This document shows positions 1 through 11,901 of a DNA stretch of 64,000 nt, piece by piece. The DNA comes from Eledone cirrhosa (taxonomy: Eukaryota). The DNA is taken from the NCBI GenBank assembly GCA_964016885.1, contig OZ024753.1, positions 7,564,001 to 7,628,000 on the forward strand. The letters are read 5' to 3'. The translations under genes were made by a program, and so were the position numbers. The notes under the pieces are model-generated. The model worked only from the letters and a program-made list of their open reading frames with translations, had not been told where the DNA came from and made no database searches. Within the stretch, counting starts at the first letter, position 1, and the number at the start of each line of letters is the position of its first letter.

Positions 1-104
1 ACACATACATACATATACAGACAGGCATACACATAGACACATAAATATAAATATATACATACACATACATAAATAAATACAGACACATACACACACACGC
101 ATAC

Positions 105-135
<31 letters not shown>

Positions 136-473
136 CAGACATACACATACACACATAAATATAAATATATACTCACACACACACATACACACATTAATAT
201 AAATATATACTCACATACCCACATAAATATAAATATATACTCACACACACACATACCCACATAAATATAAATATATACTCATACATACACACATAAATAT
301 AAATACATACTCACACACACATACCCACATAAATATAAATATATACTCACACACACACATAAATATAAATACATACTCACACACACATACCCACATAAAT
401 ATAAATATATACTCACACACACATATACACACATAAATATAAATATATACCCCCACACATACACCCATACCCA

Positions 474-528
<55 letters not shown>
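1..528. repeat. CA/TA-rich minisatellite ending in (CA)n
   Basis: Recurrent ACACATACCCACATAAATATAAATATATACTC-like units, then pure (CA)n from about 479 to 528. Confidence 0.9.
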
Positions 529-923
529 CTATCAACGGGAAGAATACGTTGAAAGGAAGTTAATAGCAATTGGCAATAGATTCAGCGATTCAGTTAAAAA
601 TCGTAGAAAATATGAACATTAATCAATAATGGTAAAGGAAAGAGCTGGGTGGAAGAATCGGGAGAGAAATACAGACGAAAGCTAGAATGTCTTGCGACAG
701 TTTAACGTCTCTTTGCGTAAGGCATCGAAGTCAAGGTTACTTTCCATCCTGCCACAGTCAATAAAATAAGTATTACTCAACTCAAGTAGTTGAATCCATT
801 AAAGAGACTATACCCGCTTTTTACTGTGAAATATGTTGTGAGACTGTAATAGATACCAGTATATTGTGGTTGCAAATGTCAGCTAAATCACCGAGCTATT
901 CTTTAAGGCCGCTTACCACACAG

Positions 924-986
<63 letters not shown>

Positions 987-1031
987 GAAAGTAAAACAAA
1001 AGAAGCCTTCAATACATCAAAAGTCTTTATT

Positions 1032-1066
1032 AGCCAACAATGTTTCGTCCTATTAAGGACTCATCA
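1032..1066 (-). ncRNA. Degenerate minimal hammerhead motif followed by AATAAA (Penelope-like pLTR remnant)
   Basis: Minus strand reads aTGATGA GTCC ttaata GGAC GAAAC att GTT ggct, then AATAAA. C3 and stem I are lost. Confidence 0.5.
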
Positions 1067-1218
1067 TTTCTATAATACGTAGAGGGTGTTTAACTCCAAC
1101 ACGCTCCAGTATTTTAATCCTTATATATATATATATATATATAGATATATAGATATAGATATGTTGATTTAAAACTGCACTATCCACAAGTGTTTTTAAC
1201 CTTCATATCATGTCTTCC

Positions 1219-1289
1219 TATTTTATCTGATGAAAACACAAATGTTATTGCATGATGATATTTGTTTTTGAAATGCGCATAATAAAATA
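1219..1289 (+). ncRNA. Type I hammerhead ribozyme, family A (long stem II)
   Basis: Stem I TATTTTAT/ATAAAATA, CTGATGA 1227-1233, long stem II AAACACAAAT...ATTTGTTTTT, GAAA 1270-1273, palindromic stem III ATGCGCAT, AUA triplet. Lies in a ~160-bp dispersed repeat (1160-1320) between (TA)n tracts. Confidence 0.75.
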
Positions 1290-1317
1290 CATGGAACTCA
1301 TTTAACCATCTTTTGAT

Positions 1318-1370
<53 letters not shown>

Positions 1371-1749
1371 TTTGGTATGCTTATATACTTGTTTTCTTCT
1401 AACTTTGATTTTATACCTAATTGTGTATGGTTGACGATATATTTAATTGATCTCCACGTGCTATTAGAAATGGTGGGTAAATATTCCATAGCTGTTGATC
1501 ACGGATAGATAGCTGTCGTTTATTTATGTATTATTTCTTCATAGGTGTCTTTTAATCTTATAGCCTTGTATAATTATTTTTTTTTATGGTTGATTATGCT
1601 GATTGGGAGAGGAAATAATGTATATATTTTATCAAATGATTCTATGGACGTACTTTATTGTATATATATATATATATATATAGTGGTAGAACACTGGAAG
1701 GTAATATCCGTAGTGGTAGAGCACTCAGTCCATGGGACGAGTTAGGTAG

Positions 1750-2004
<255 letters not shown>

Positions 2005-2372
2005 AGGTGTATTACTGGTTGTGTCATACGGTCCAATAAACTTTTGTTAGCAATATTAAGTTCTCCAGGCTTTTGTATATCTCCAATTCCATTTAAGGGA
2101 ACAGCTAGATGATGTAAAACGGAGTGTTTGTATCAAAATAAAGATCCGAAGGCATGGTATAAATTTCCAATCATTTAAATCATGACACATGTTTCAATAA
2201 GGGATAGATCGATTGTGTGGTCATTATACATGTTATTATAATCAATGATCTCATCAGGTTAGTAATGAAATGTCTTCAAATCCTTGATATGAGGGAGGAA
2301 AAACTAACGATGTTCACTCACTAGAGTTCTGTGCCCCATATGAAGAATCAGCAGCCAAAACACGCCAACTGC

Positions 2373-2449
<77 letters not shown>

Positions 2450-2468
2450 AAGATGTTCAAGACCCTGG

Positions 2469-2557
2469 CGGCAGAGCTCAAGCCGTTTCGACGGCTATTT
2501 CGGGACTAAATTCAATTTAGTCCAGAAATAGCCGTCGAAACGGCTTGAGCTCTGCCG
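2469..2557. repeat. Hairpin of dispersed (TA)n-associated family E
   Basis: 44-bp arms, 1-nt loop, one mismatch. Same family at 9837-9987, 39269-39315 and 50945-51040. Confidence 0.85.
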
Positions 2558-2558
2558 T

Positions 2559-2750
2559 CGGTGAATTGGCAGTATCGCTAGAGGGTTGGACGCCATGCTT
2601 TGACGCATAGAGTTACGGACCTTGCCATTCTGAGTTCAAATCCCGCCGATGTTAAGTTTGCCTTTCATCCTTACGGGGTCGATAAAATAAAGTACCAGTA
2701 ATGCACTGGGGTATTTGCTGGCCTTGTGCCAAAAGTAGAAACAATTATTA
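2559..2750 (+). mobile_element. tRNA-derived SINE, family 1 (MetaSINE/Sauria-like central domain)
   Basis: A-box-like TGGCAGTATCG, B-box GAGTTCAAATCCC, conserved GCCTTTCATCCTTACGGGGTCGATAAAATAAAGTACCAG, ATT tail. More than 20 copies in the window. Confidence 0.8.
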
Positions 2751-2838
2751 TACTGAATCTCCATCATGACTACCAACTGCGAATGTTGAGAGCTTTCTCC
2801 TGCTTGCTCCTCTTTTTACCAAAACAATCTCTTGGGAA

Positions 2839-2888
<50 letters not shown>

Positions 2889-2978
2889 CATGTAAAAGGT
2901 AAACAGAAATAACAACACAATCGGTACAGTATATGGAAGGAATATATTAGGTTAACGCTTGAAATAGCAGGAAGCGCG

Positions 2979-3014
2979 TCTTAACGTTTCGGACGCGAGT
3001 CCTTCATCAGAAGA
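2979..3014 (-). ncRNA. Minimal type I hammerhead ribozyme, family C
   Basis: Minus strand: TCTT CTGATGA a GGAC tcgc GTCC GAAAC GTT AAGA. Lies in dispersed repeat 2892-3107, with a second copy at 44820-45035. Confidence 0.7.
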
Positions 3015-3295
3015 AAGAATGAGAACTAAGTTAGATTGAAGGAAAGGGCAGGTTGGAATTGGAAAAAGTGTCTTTAGATAAAAATAACAGGTCCATTCAT
3101 GTTGACATTCGCCATCTCCGATCTCCCTATCGTTACCCTCTATTGTATTCCGATTGTTCGTGTGACTAAGCTTGGTAGAGCTTATACTCAGCACTGTGTT
3201 TATTAAGCTCTGATGATTCCTATCCAACGGTAAGGATGAAACATTGTAAGCAAATAAAAACCGCTTGAGTATGTAAGCGTTCTTTGGTTTCTTTT

Positions 3296-3392
<97 letters not shown>

Positions 3393-3711
3393 AAGAGAGA
3401 GAGAGAGAGATATTTATAGTTAGATAGACAGATAGACAGGCAGCTAGGCAGACATAGATATTAACAATTTCAATTTTCCCAGATTTCTTGAACATGTTTG
3501 TTCCTTCTAAAGCTTGATTTTTAAACAGAGTGTGTAAGTGGGGGCGGGGCTGTATTTTATTCCGTCAATAATCCATTTCTGACATTACACCCCCCCCCCC
3601 CCCAAAAAAAAAACACACACACAAACACGCACACACAGAAATAAAGAGAGAGAGAGAGATGGAATTTTACGTAATTTCATAACCGCTCGATGTGCTGCGG
3701 AAAAGGACAAA

Positions 3712-3786
3712 ATACCGCCTACTAAACTACCGCCTACTAAACTAGCACCTACTAAACTACCGCCTACTAAACTACCTCCCACTAAC
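3712..3786. repeat. 15-bp tandem repeat (CCGCCTACTAAACTA), about 5 copies
   Basis: Direct reading of the repeat units. Confidence 0.85.
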
Positions 3787-4387
3787 TTGCTCAGTGACAC
3801 CTGAAGTGAATTCAAGATTTAGAGCATACTCATTCCGATTTAATAGCGGGATAGTAGTTATCGAACAAGGCATTTAGGATCACCAACAAAATTAGTACAA
3901 TTAACATCAACTAATTAATGCATCAATTAATTTAAAAGAAAATACAATATCTAAAAATTATATATACTAACAGAAAAACAACCCTCGGGTGGTTTTCTGC
4001 TAGCATGTGTAGTGTGCATATTGATATTATACGCAAATATAATGTAAATATGATACATCAAATAAAATCGACTGAGAATTTGTACAGAAATTGAAGCTAG
4101 ACTGTGTTACACTGTCTTCTGTAATCAGTAAAGTAATCCATGATACATTTAAAAAAAGACGATATTATATATAAACTGCATTAGGAGAAAATTAGCGACG
4201 GAAATATATGCGATGTTTTTATAAGTGTTATAATATAACGGACGCCAACCGGAAGTGTTGACATTTGAACATTTTAAACACGTGAATCTTTAAATAAACA
4301 ATATAAATTATTCATATTTAATCAAGTTACGAAATTTAGTACATAAATTATGTAATATTCATTCATTATTTATTCAAAGTATAAAGA

Positions 4388-4578
4388 GGGCGTGGATTGG
4401 CAGTATCGGTAGAGGGTCGGACGCCATGCTTTGACGCACAGAGTCACGTCCCTTGCCATTCTGAGTTCAAATCCCGCCAAGGTTAACTTTGCCTTTCATC
4501 CTCATGGGGTCGATGAAATAAAGTACCAGTAATGCACTGGGTAATTGCTGGCCTTGTGCCAACAGTAGAAACAATTAT
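4388..4578 (+). mobile_element. SINE family 1 copy
   Basis: Full-length match to the family 1 consensus seen at 2559-2750. Confidence 0.8.
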
Positions 4579-4676
4579 TTATTCAAAGTATTCCAACTTA
4601 TTTTACAAACGAGATAAACAAAAATATTCTGGAAGCAGCAGTCCCGCATTCCTTTCTTTATTATAGTTAAGATATA

Positions 4677-4708
<32 letters not shown>

Positions 4709-4710
<2 letters not shown>

Positions 4711-4948
4711 CAATATTAAATAAATGGAAACTATATTTATAAAACCATATTTATTTCATTATATATATTTCAGGGATATCATATTAACAATATGCTATGC
4801 CTTCCTCAGACAAAATACAATATAAACAGTTTTATATTGTATTTTGTCTGAGGAAGGCATAGCATATTGTTAATATGATATCCCTGAAATATATATAATG
4901 AAATAAATATGGTTTTATAAATATAGTTTCCATTTATTTAATATTGTA
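4709..4948. mobile_element. Perfect palindrome (118-bp arms) of HHR-like family F
   Basis: Arms 4709-4826 and 4831-4948, loop CAGT. Plus arm contains CTGAGGA AGG...CCT GAAAT. Related copies at 10135-10250 and 52500-52615. Confidence 0.75.
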
Positions 4949-5032
4949 AATATACTCCAAATATTTGTCGAGTGCTTTTATATCAGTTATAAATATTTAC
5001 TACTTGTAACCCAACAATTTAAATATAACTTT

Positions 5033-5086
<54 letters not shown>

Positions 5087-5782
5087 AAACCAAGCGGTTT
5101 CAACGATGCCAAACTGTTGGTTGCATTTAGATAAATAGATGCATAATCCCACAGTTAGTTGCGGAGCAAATCTGGAATAGGCAACGAATCATCAGTGAGC
5201 TTGTTCAGTACAAGCATGAGATTTTAGTATGTCTGAAGTAGCTATGTGTATAAGTGTCTCCAGGTACATCACAGACTAGTAGTAGTAGCTATGAGTGCAT
5301 GTGTCTGCTTTGTGTCCAGGCCCTTCACAGGCTAATAGTAGAAGCTTTGTGTGTTATTTGCCTGCTTCGGCGATTTAAATATCAAGTTGGTCTATCACAT
5401 CTGCGTTGTATAAAAGATGTAGGAATTTATGTAAAGGACTTTATAAAATAAAGGATTTTATGTAAAGGAATTTATATATAAATGGATTTATATATAAAAA
5501 GAGGTGTGTTAACGGGCGAAAATGCGCGAAAATATTTTGGGTGGCACTGGACATCGTCCGTGGGAATGCTTTTGCCGTCTTATCAGTGGGGCGCAGCACT
5601 TCTTGCCCCTTGCTCTAGGCCCAAAGCCCACTTATCCTCCCCCTTCCCCCCTCCCCTCTCTTCTGCGACACCAGAGCTCTTGCCATACCCTCCCCTTCCC
5701 GTTCTTTTTTTTCTTCGTTCTTTCTCTCGTTTTTCTCTATATTTCCCTAGTCTTTCTTTCCTTTTTTTATTATTGCTCGAAG

Positions 5783-5967
5783 TGCGGACGCCATGCTTTG
5801 CAGCATAGAGTTACGGTCCTTTACGGTCTGAGTTCAAATCCCACCGAAGTTAACTTTGCCTTTCATCCTTACGGGGTCGATAAAATGAAGCACCAGTAAT
5901 GTGCTGGGATCGATTTAATCGACTTTCCTCTCCCCCCAAAGTACTGGCCTTGTGCCTATACTAGAAA

Positions 5968-6001
<34 letters not shown>

Positions 6002-6192
6002 AGGGCGGTGAATTGGCAGTATCGGTGGAGGGTCGGACGCCATGCTTTCCAGCATAGTTACGTCCCTTTACGGTCTGAGTTCAAATCACGTCGAAGTTAA
6101 CTTTGACTTTCATCTTTACGGGGGTCGATATAATAAAGTACCAGTAACGTACTGGGTAATTGCTGGCCTTGTGTCAAAATTGGAAACAATTA
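5783..6192 (+). mobile_element. Two tandem SINE family 1 copies with (ATT)n tails
   Basis: Copies at about 5783-5972 and 6003-6192, each with B box and GGGGTCGATAA motif. Confidence 0.8.
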
Positions 6193-6211
6193 TTATTATT
6201 ATTATTATTGT

Positions 6212-6704
6212 TGTTCTTTGAGTCTCAGTCATTGATGTTAGTTAACTGGAAAGTTTGTTGAAATGAATATCAAGCCACTACCTGCAGCCTCAGATATTCA
6301 GGACGTATCGGAGGGTTCTTGCTGTTCCCAGCAAGCATGCCTTTTGAAGCGTTCCAAAAAGCGGGGCGGGGCCAATTTTCTTTAATCATCCCTGGAAACC
6401 TTTTGAGATAGTACCTAGTGCGCCTATGACAATCGGGACCACTTTGACTTCATGGCAGTTCCAAATCCTTTTTACCTCCCACTTTAAGTCCTGGTATCGG
6501 TTAATGTTCTCCCTCTCCTTCTCTTGCACTCTCGTGTCGAATGGGCAGGCCACATCCACAATCAGGCACGATCTTTTTCCCTTGTCCAAAACCACCAGGT
6601 CAGGTCTATTGTGTTCCAGTTTCTTGTCCGTTTGTATCCTAAAATCCCACAGCACCTTCACCTGATCGTTTTCTATCACCGACTCTGGCTTATGCTCATA
6701 CCAC

Positions 6705-6705
<1 letters not shown>
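6212..6705 (-). mobile_element. R4/Dong-like non-LTR retrotransposon, 5'-truncated 3' fragment (restriction-like endonuclease domain)
   Basis: ORF 6386-6679 reads KVLWDFRIQTD..LEHNRPDLVVLDK..IVDVACPFD..KE.E.INRYQDL..VVPIVIGALG, a PD-(D/E)xK RLE C-terminus. Flanked by (TAA)n on both sides. Confidence 0.8.
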
Positions 6706-6750
<45 letters not shown>

Positions 6751-7272
6751 GTTGTTGTTACTGTAAACAATATCATGTTTATACAGTTAAAAAAAATATA
6801 AGGATACATTTAAATTTGGAAAAACAAATAGTTTGTAGGACTGGAGTATACATAATATATAAGAACAAAAGATGGTTAAAAGAGTTCCATGTATTTTATT
6901 ATGCGCATTTCAATATACAAACCTTAACTTTACATTATTTTTCTCTTCGTTAATTTTCAAATTCTTTTAATTTATACATTATCTTCCAACGGTTTTCAAC
7001 CTCTCTATGTAAAACAATATATCTTTCTCAGTTATAAAAGCTATCTCTCTCTCTCTATCACCCATCTCTCCTCCTATCTCATCCTTCCTCATTATACTCC
7101 TCCCTCTCCACCTTCACTCTCATCTCCTCCTTTCTTTCATCCTTGCCAACCCCCCCCCCTCTAAATAAAATATTTTTCCCAATATCACACATCAATCTAA
7201 AACCACTTCTCATATATTGATTTAAAACTGAACTATCCACAAGTGTTTTTTAACCTTCATATCATGTCCTCC

Positions 7273-7343
7273 TGTTTTATCTGATGAAAACACAAATATT
7301 ATTGCATGATGATATTTGTTTTTGAAATGCGCATAATAAAATA
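7273..7343 (+). ncRNA. Type I hammerhead ribozyme, family A copy
   Basis: TGTTTTAT CTGATGA ... GAAA TGCGCAT A ATAAAATA. The stem I A-to-G change keeps pairing as G-U. Confidence 0.75.
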
Positions 7344-7544
7344 CATGGAACTCTTTTAACCATCTTTTGTTCTTATATATATATATATATATATATATAC
7401 AACACACACATATATACATGCATGTATGCATATATACATACATACGAATATACATAAATACATACATATTTAAATACATACATATTTAAATACATATATA
7501 CATACAAACGTACGTATGTACATACATATATACATACATACATA

Positions 7545-7608
<64 letters not shown>

Positions 7609-7927
7609 AACATACATGCATATTTACATACACAAACATACGTACATACATACATACATCTTTAATTTTCAGAAATTAATTGGGAGCACCAAAAGCATCA
7701 ACATTATCTAGCCTAGCTAATTAGATATCGGATGTGACACTAAACTAATCAATCAAATAAGCAGTGTGAAATCGATTACACATCAGGTCGTCGAAGGTTT
7801 AACAACGTGAGGGTGTTATGAGAGGGGTGCACTATAAGTGATTTCTACTTATTAGCACATCACAAGTGGATCGCGTTCTATTTTTTCACATGTTACACGA
7901 GGATCCAGTTATATTTCTTCATTGTGC

Positions 7928-8515
7928 GACGGACACCATGCTTTACAGCATAGAGTTGTGGCCCTTTATGTTTCGAGTTAAAATCCCGCCGAGGTTAACT
8001 TTGCCTTTCATCCTTACGGGGCTGATAAAATAAAGTAGCAGTAATACACTGGGGTAATTTCTGGCTTTGTGCCAAAAGTAAAAAAAAAAAGAATTGGTAG
8101 ATTGACTGTACGGTAGAGAGTCGGACACCATGCTATGCAGCATAGAGTTGTGGCCCTTTATGATATCTTTCAAATCTCGTCAATGTTAACTTTGCTTTTC
8201 ATCCTTACGGGGTCGATAAAATAAAGTAGCAGTAATACACTGGGGTAATTGCTGGCCCTGTGCCAAAATTAGAAACAATTATTATTATTTTCTGCGTTAT
8301 TTGGATTAGCAGTATCGGTAGAGGGTCGGATGCCATGCTTTCCAGCATAGAGTTACGCACCTTTACGGTCTGAGTTCAAATCCCACCAGGGCTAGCTTTG
8401 CCTTTTATCGTTACGGGGTCGATAAAATAAGGCACCAGTAACGTACTGGGTTCGATTTAATCAACTTATCCCTCCTACAAAATTGCTGGCCCTGTGCATA
8501 TATGAGAAACCATTA
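7928..8515 (+). mobile_element. Cluster of three head-to-tail SINE family 1 copies
   Basis: Three repeats of the CTTTCATCCTTACGGGG..GATAAAATAA motif with B-box remnants. Confidence 0.75.
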
Positions 8516-9002
8516 TTTTGTGCGTTGTCACTGCATTAATGAGCGCAGCTCTGTGCGACTCGGATATGTGCAGTGTAGTTTTTGCTGGTGTTCTTTCTTT
8601 TGTACTGAGAGTACTCCTCGTAATATGTGTGCAGTGCCTAGTACGGATATGTTTTGTATGTATCACTTCGGAAGAAGGATAAGAATGGAGAGAGAGGTGC
8701 TTGGCCACAGGCAGTTTTATGAAAGGTGGGTGATAGTGGCGAGAATGGCTCGTGTAAATGGGCCTTCTCTGTATACCATCCTGTAGGTAAAGAAGTAAAG
8801 GAGAGGGGAGCACCTTCTCCATGTGCTCCCCGGGCAAAGGATTGCACACTTTTTCGGGGGTGTGTGCAACCCCCATCACGTCCCCTCCCTTTTGAGGTTA
8901 TTTTCGATTATTTTCATGTTACACCCTTTTTACTCGATTATATGTAAACTCCCCCTTTGTATTTGTCCCTTCTTTTTATGCCTTTATGGTAAATAAAGAA
9001 AT
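8516..9002 (+). mobile_element. L1/Tx1-like LINE 3' fragment
   Basis: Encodes YHFGRRIRMEREVL...FYERWVIVARMARVNGPSL, matching the 21213-22210 copy. Ends AATAAAGAAA then TCTATCTAT. Confidence 0.7.
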
Positions 9003-9331
9003 CTATCTATATTTGTGAGTCCTCGGGTTTTGGTTACGTATTTGTCTGCCTGTTTTTTATCATTCCCAGAGCACCTATACTTATATTTATTATTTCTGTC
9101 TTCAACATCCACATTCAGCATATTTCTATCTCTAGATCTTTATATTTGGATAATAATTTCTCCATTACCTTGGTAGATATATTGTGCTATGCTGTGTGTG
9201 GGGAGGTATTGGCCTCTGATCTAGTAGTCTTAGTAATCTACAAAGGACGACAAATACAATATTTATAATAAAGTAAATATACATATTTTGCTTTATTCAT
9301 TTACTTCTGATGATTAAGAGAATGAATATAT

Positions 9332-9384
<53 letters not shown>

Positions 9385-9386
<2 letters not shown>

Positions 9387-9495
9387 TAAACAAATAATGA
9401 ATAAAACAATGAAACAGTTCCTTATATTAAACAAAAAAAGTTTTTTTGTTTAATATAAGGAACTGTTTCATTGTTTTATTCATTATTTGTTTAAT
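9385..9495. repeat. Perfect palindrome (55-bp arms, 1-nt loop) next to (TA)n
   Basis: Arms 9385-9439 and 9441-9495. Confidence 0.85.
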
Positions 9496-9633
9496 ATTTT
9501 ATCTTGACTCTGTATACCGTTTATCTTTCACCGAAAGTGATTTTTCATTACATCTCTTCTTTCCATGATATCCGGAATACATTGAGTTCTTCATACGGAT
9601 TGGACACTACCGTAAACTCTTGGTAGATTTATC

Positions 9634-9670
<37 letters not shown>

Positions 9671-9836
9671 GTTTACATATATATTTAAGTAACAGCCGTA
9701 CTAAGAGTGGGAAATGAAATTTCGTTTCATTTTTCCGTTTATATATATATATATATATAACGAAGGACATGTGGTAAGGAACCAGGTGGACCATAACGCA
9801 CCAAAGTACTCAATACTTACGGTAGTAGAGTGGGTA

Positions 9837-9987
9837 ATAGGAACGAGTAGGACCCCGACGGCTGAGCTCAAGCCGTTTCGACGGCTAATTCTGGACTAAA
9901 AAAGTAATTCTGGACTAACAATTTTTAGTCCAGAATTAGCCGTCGAAACGGCTTGAGCTCAGCCGTCGGGGTCCTACTCGTTCCTAT
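9837..9987. repeat. Fold-back of family E with ~66-bp arms
   Basis: Arms 9837-9902 and 9922-9987. The spacer contains a direct copy of TAATTCTGGACTAA. Confidence 0.85.
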
Positions 9988-10247
9988 ATATATATATATA
10001 GATGCAAAAGTTCTATTTAAAGTTGTTGGGATACAACAAGTAAATATTTTTATAACTGATATAAAGCACTCGACAACCTCCAAAAGTAATGGTTGTATTT
10101 TAAAAGGGTACGTCAAACCTATTTGTAAAACTGTTATATATTGTATTTTGTCTGATGAAGGCATACCATAATTTAATGTGGTATCCCTGAAATATGTATA
10201 ATGAAATAAATATGGTTTTATAAATATAGTTTCCATTTATTAATATC

Positions 10248-10296
<49 letters not shown>

Positions 10297-10787
10297 TATG
10301 CATGTATACGTACATACATATATGTATACAGACGTACAGGTACACATACATATATGCACGTATCAGTTTAGCGGCGCTAACGTCGCTTTGTTCGTTTGTA
10401 AACAAACTGAACAGCCTGAATTTGTGTCAGTGTTGAACAAAAAGGTGACGTGGTTGCCTTAACACCGTATGGCATAAATTCAGGCTGTTCAGTTTGTTTA
10501 CAAACGAACAAAGCGACGTTAGCGCCGCTAAACTGATACGTGCATATATGTATGTGTACCTGTACGTCTGTATACATATATGTATGTACGTATACATGCA
10601 TACTTACATTTAAGTAAGTGCCATACTAAGAGTGAGAAATGAAATTTCGTTTTCATTTTGTTTCAATTTATCGTTTTCGGTATGCCTGACCGATTTAACT
10701 CACTCAATATGCAAATTAGGCTGCTCAGCCGTTAATTTTCATAAGGAAAGTATACTTTCGAACGTTCAACTATCTGGCAGATGGGTA

Positions 10788-10832
10788 AACGGTGCTGATG
10801 ATAGCTAACAAGCTTGAAACTAGTACATCGTT
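10788..10832 (+). ncRNA. Type I hammerhead ribozyme (412-bp array, first copy)
   Basis: AACGGTG CTGATGA t AGC taacaa GCT t GAAAC TA GTA CATCGTT: 7-bp stem I, intact core, palindromic stem III ACTAGT, GUA site with predicted cleavage after 10825. Confidence 0.8.
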
Positions 10833-11199
10833 CCTGTGTCAGTGTTGAACAAAAAGGTGACGTGGTTGCCTTAACACCGTATGGCATAAATTCAGGCTGT
10901 TCAGTTTGTTTACAAACGAACAAAGCGACGTTAGCGCCGCTAAACTGATACGTGCATATATGTATGTGTACCTGTACGTCTGTATACATATATGTATGTA
11001 CGTATACATGCATACTTACATTTAAGTAAGTGCCATACTAAGAGTGAGAAATGAAATTTCGTTTTCATTTTGTTTCAATTTATCGTTTTCGGTATGCCTG
11101 ACCGATTTAACTCACTCAATATGCAAATTAGGCTGCTCAGCCGTTAATTTTCATAAGGAAAGTATACTTTCGAACGTTCAACTATCTGGCAGATGGGTA

Positions 11200-11244
11200 A
11201 ACGGTGCTGATGATAGCTAACAAGCTTGAAACTAGTACATCGTT
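11200..11244 (+). ncRNA. Type I hammerhead ribozyme (412-bp array, second copy)
   Basis: Identical to 10788-10832, shifted by 412 bp. Confidence 0.8.
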
Positions 11245-11611
11245 CCTGTGTCAGTGTTGAACAAAAAGGTGACGTGGTTGCCTTAACACCGTATGGCATA
11301 AATTCAGGCTGTTCAGTTTGTTTACAAACGAACAAAGCGACGTTAGCGCCGCTAAACTGATACGTGCATATATGTATGTGTACCTGTACGTCTGTATACA
11401 TATATGTATGTACGTATACATGCATACTTACATTTAAGTAAGTGCCATACTAAGAGTGAGAAATGAAATTTCGTTTTCATTTTGTTTCAATTTATCGTTT
11501 TCGGTATGCCTGACCGATTTAACTCACTCAATATGCAAATTAGGCTGCTCAGCCGTTAATTTTCATAAGGAAAGTATACTTTCGAACGTTCAACTATCTG
11601 GCAGATGGGTA

Positions 11612-11656
11612 AACGGTGCTGATGATAGCTAACAAGCTTGAAACTAGTACATCGTT
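11612..11656 (+). ncRNA. Type I hammerhead ribozyme (412-bp array, third copy)
   Basis: Identical to 10788-10832, shifted by 824 bp. Confidence 0.8.
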
Positions 11657-11901
11657 CCTGTGTCAGTGTTGAACAAAAAGGTGACGTGGTTGCCTTAACA
11701 CCGTATGGCATAAATTCAGGCTGTTCAGTTTGTTTACAAACGAACAAAGCGACGTTAGCGCCGCTAAACTGATACGTGCATATATGTATGTGTACCTGTA
11801 CGTCTGTATACATATATGTATGTACGTATACATGCATACTTACATTTAAGTAAGTGCCATACTAAGAGTGAGAAATGAAATTTCGTTTTCATTTTGTTTC
11901 A

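Noticed and set aside
10732-11837. Three identical 93-aa ORFs on the minus strand
   Set aside because: They simply reflect the 412-bp repeat, start in a TATG-like low-complexity patch and show no recognisable motif. The structured signal (HHR) is on the plus strand.
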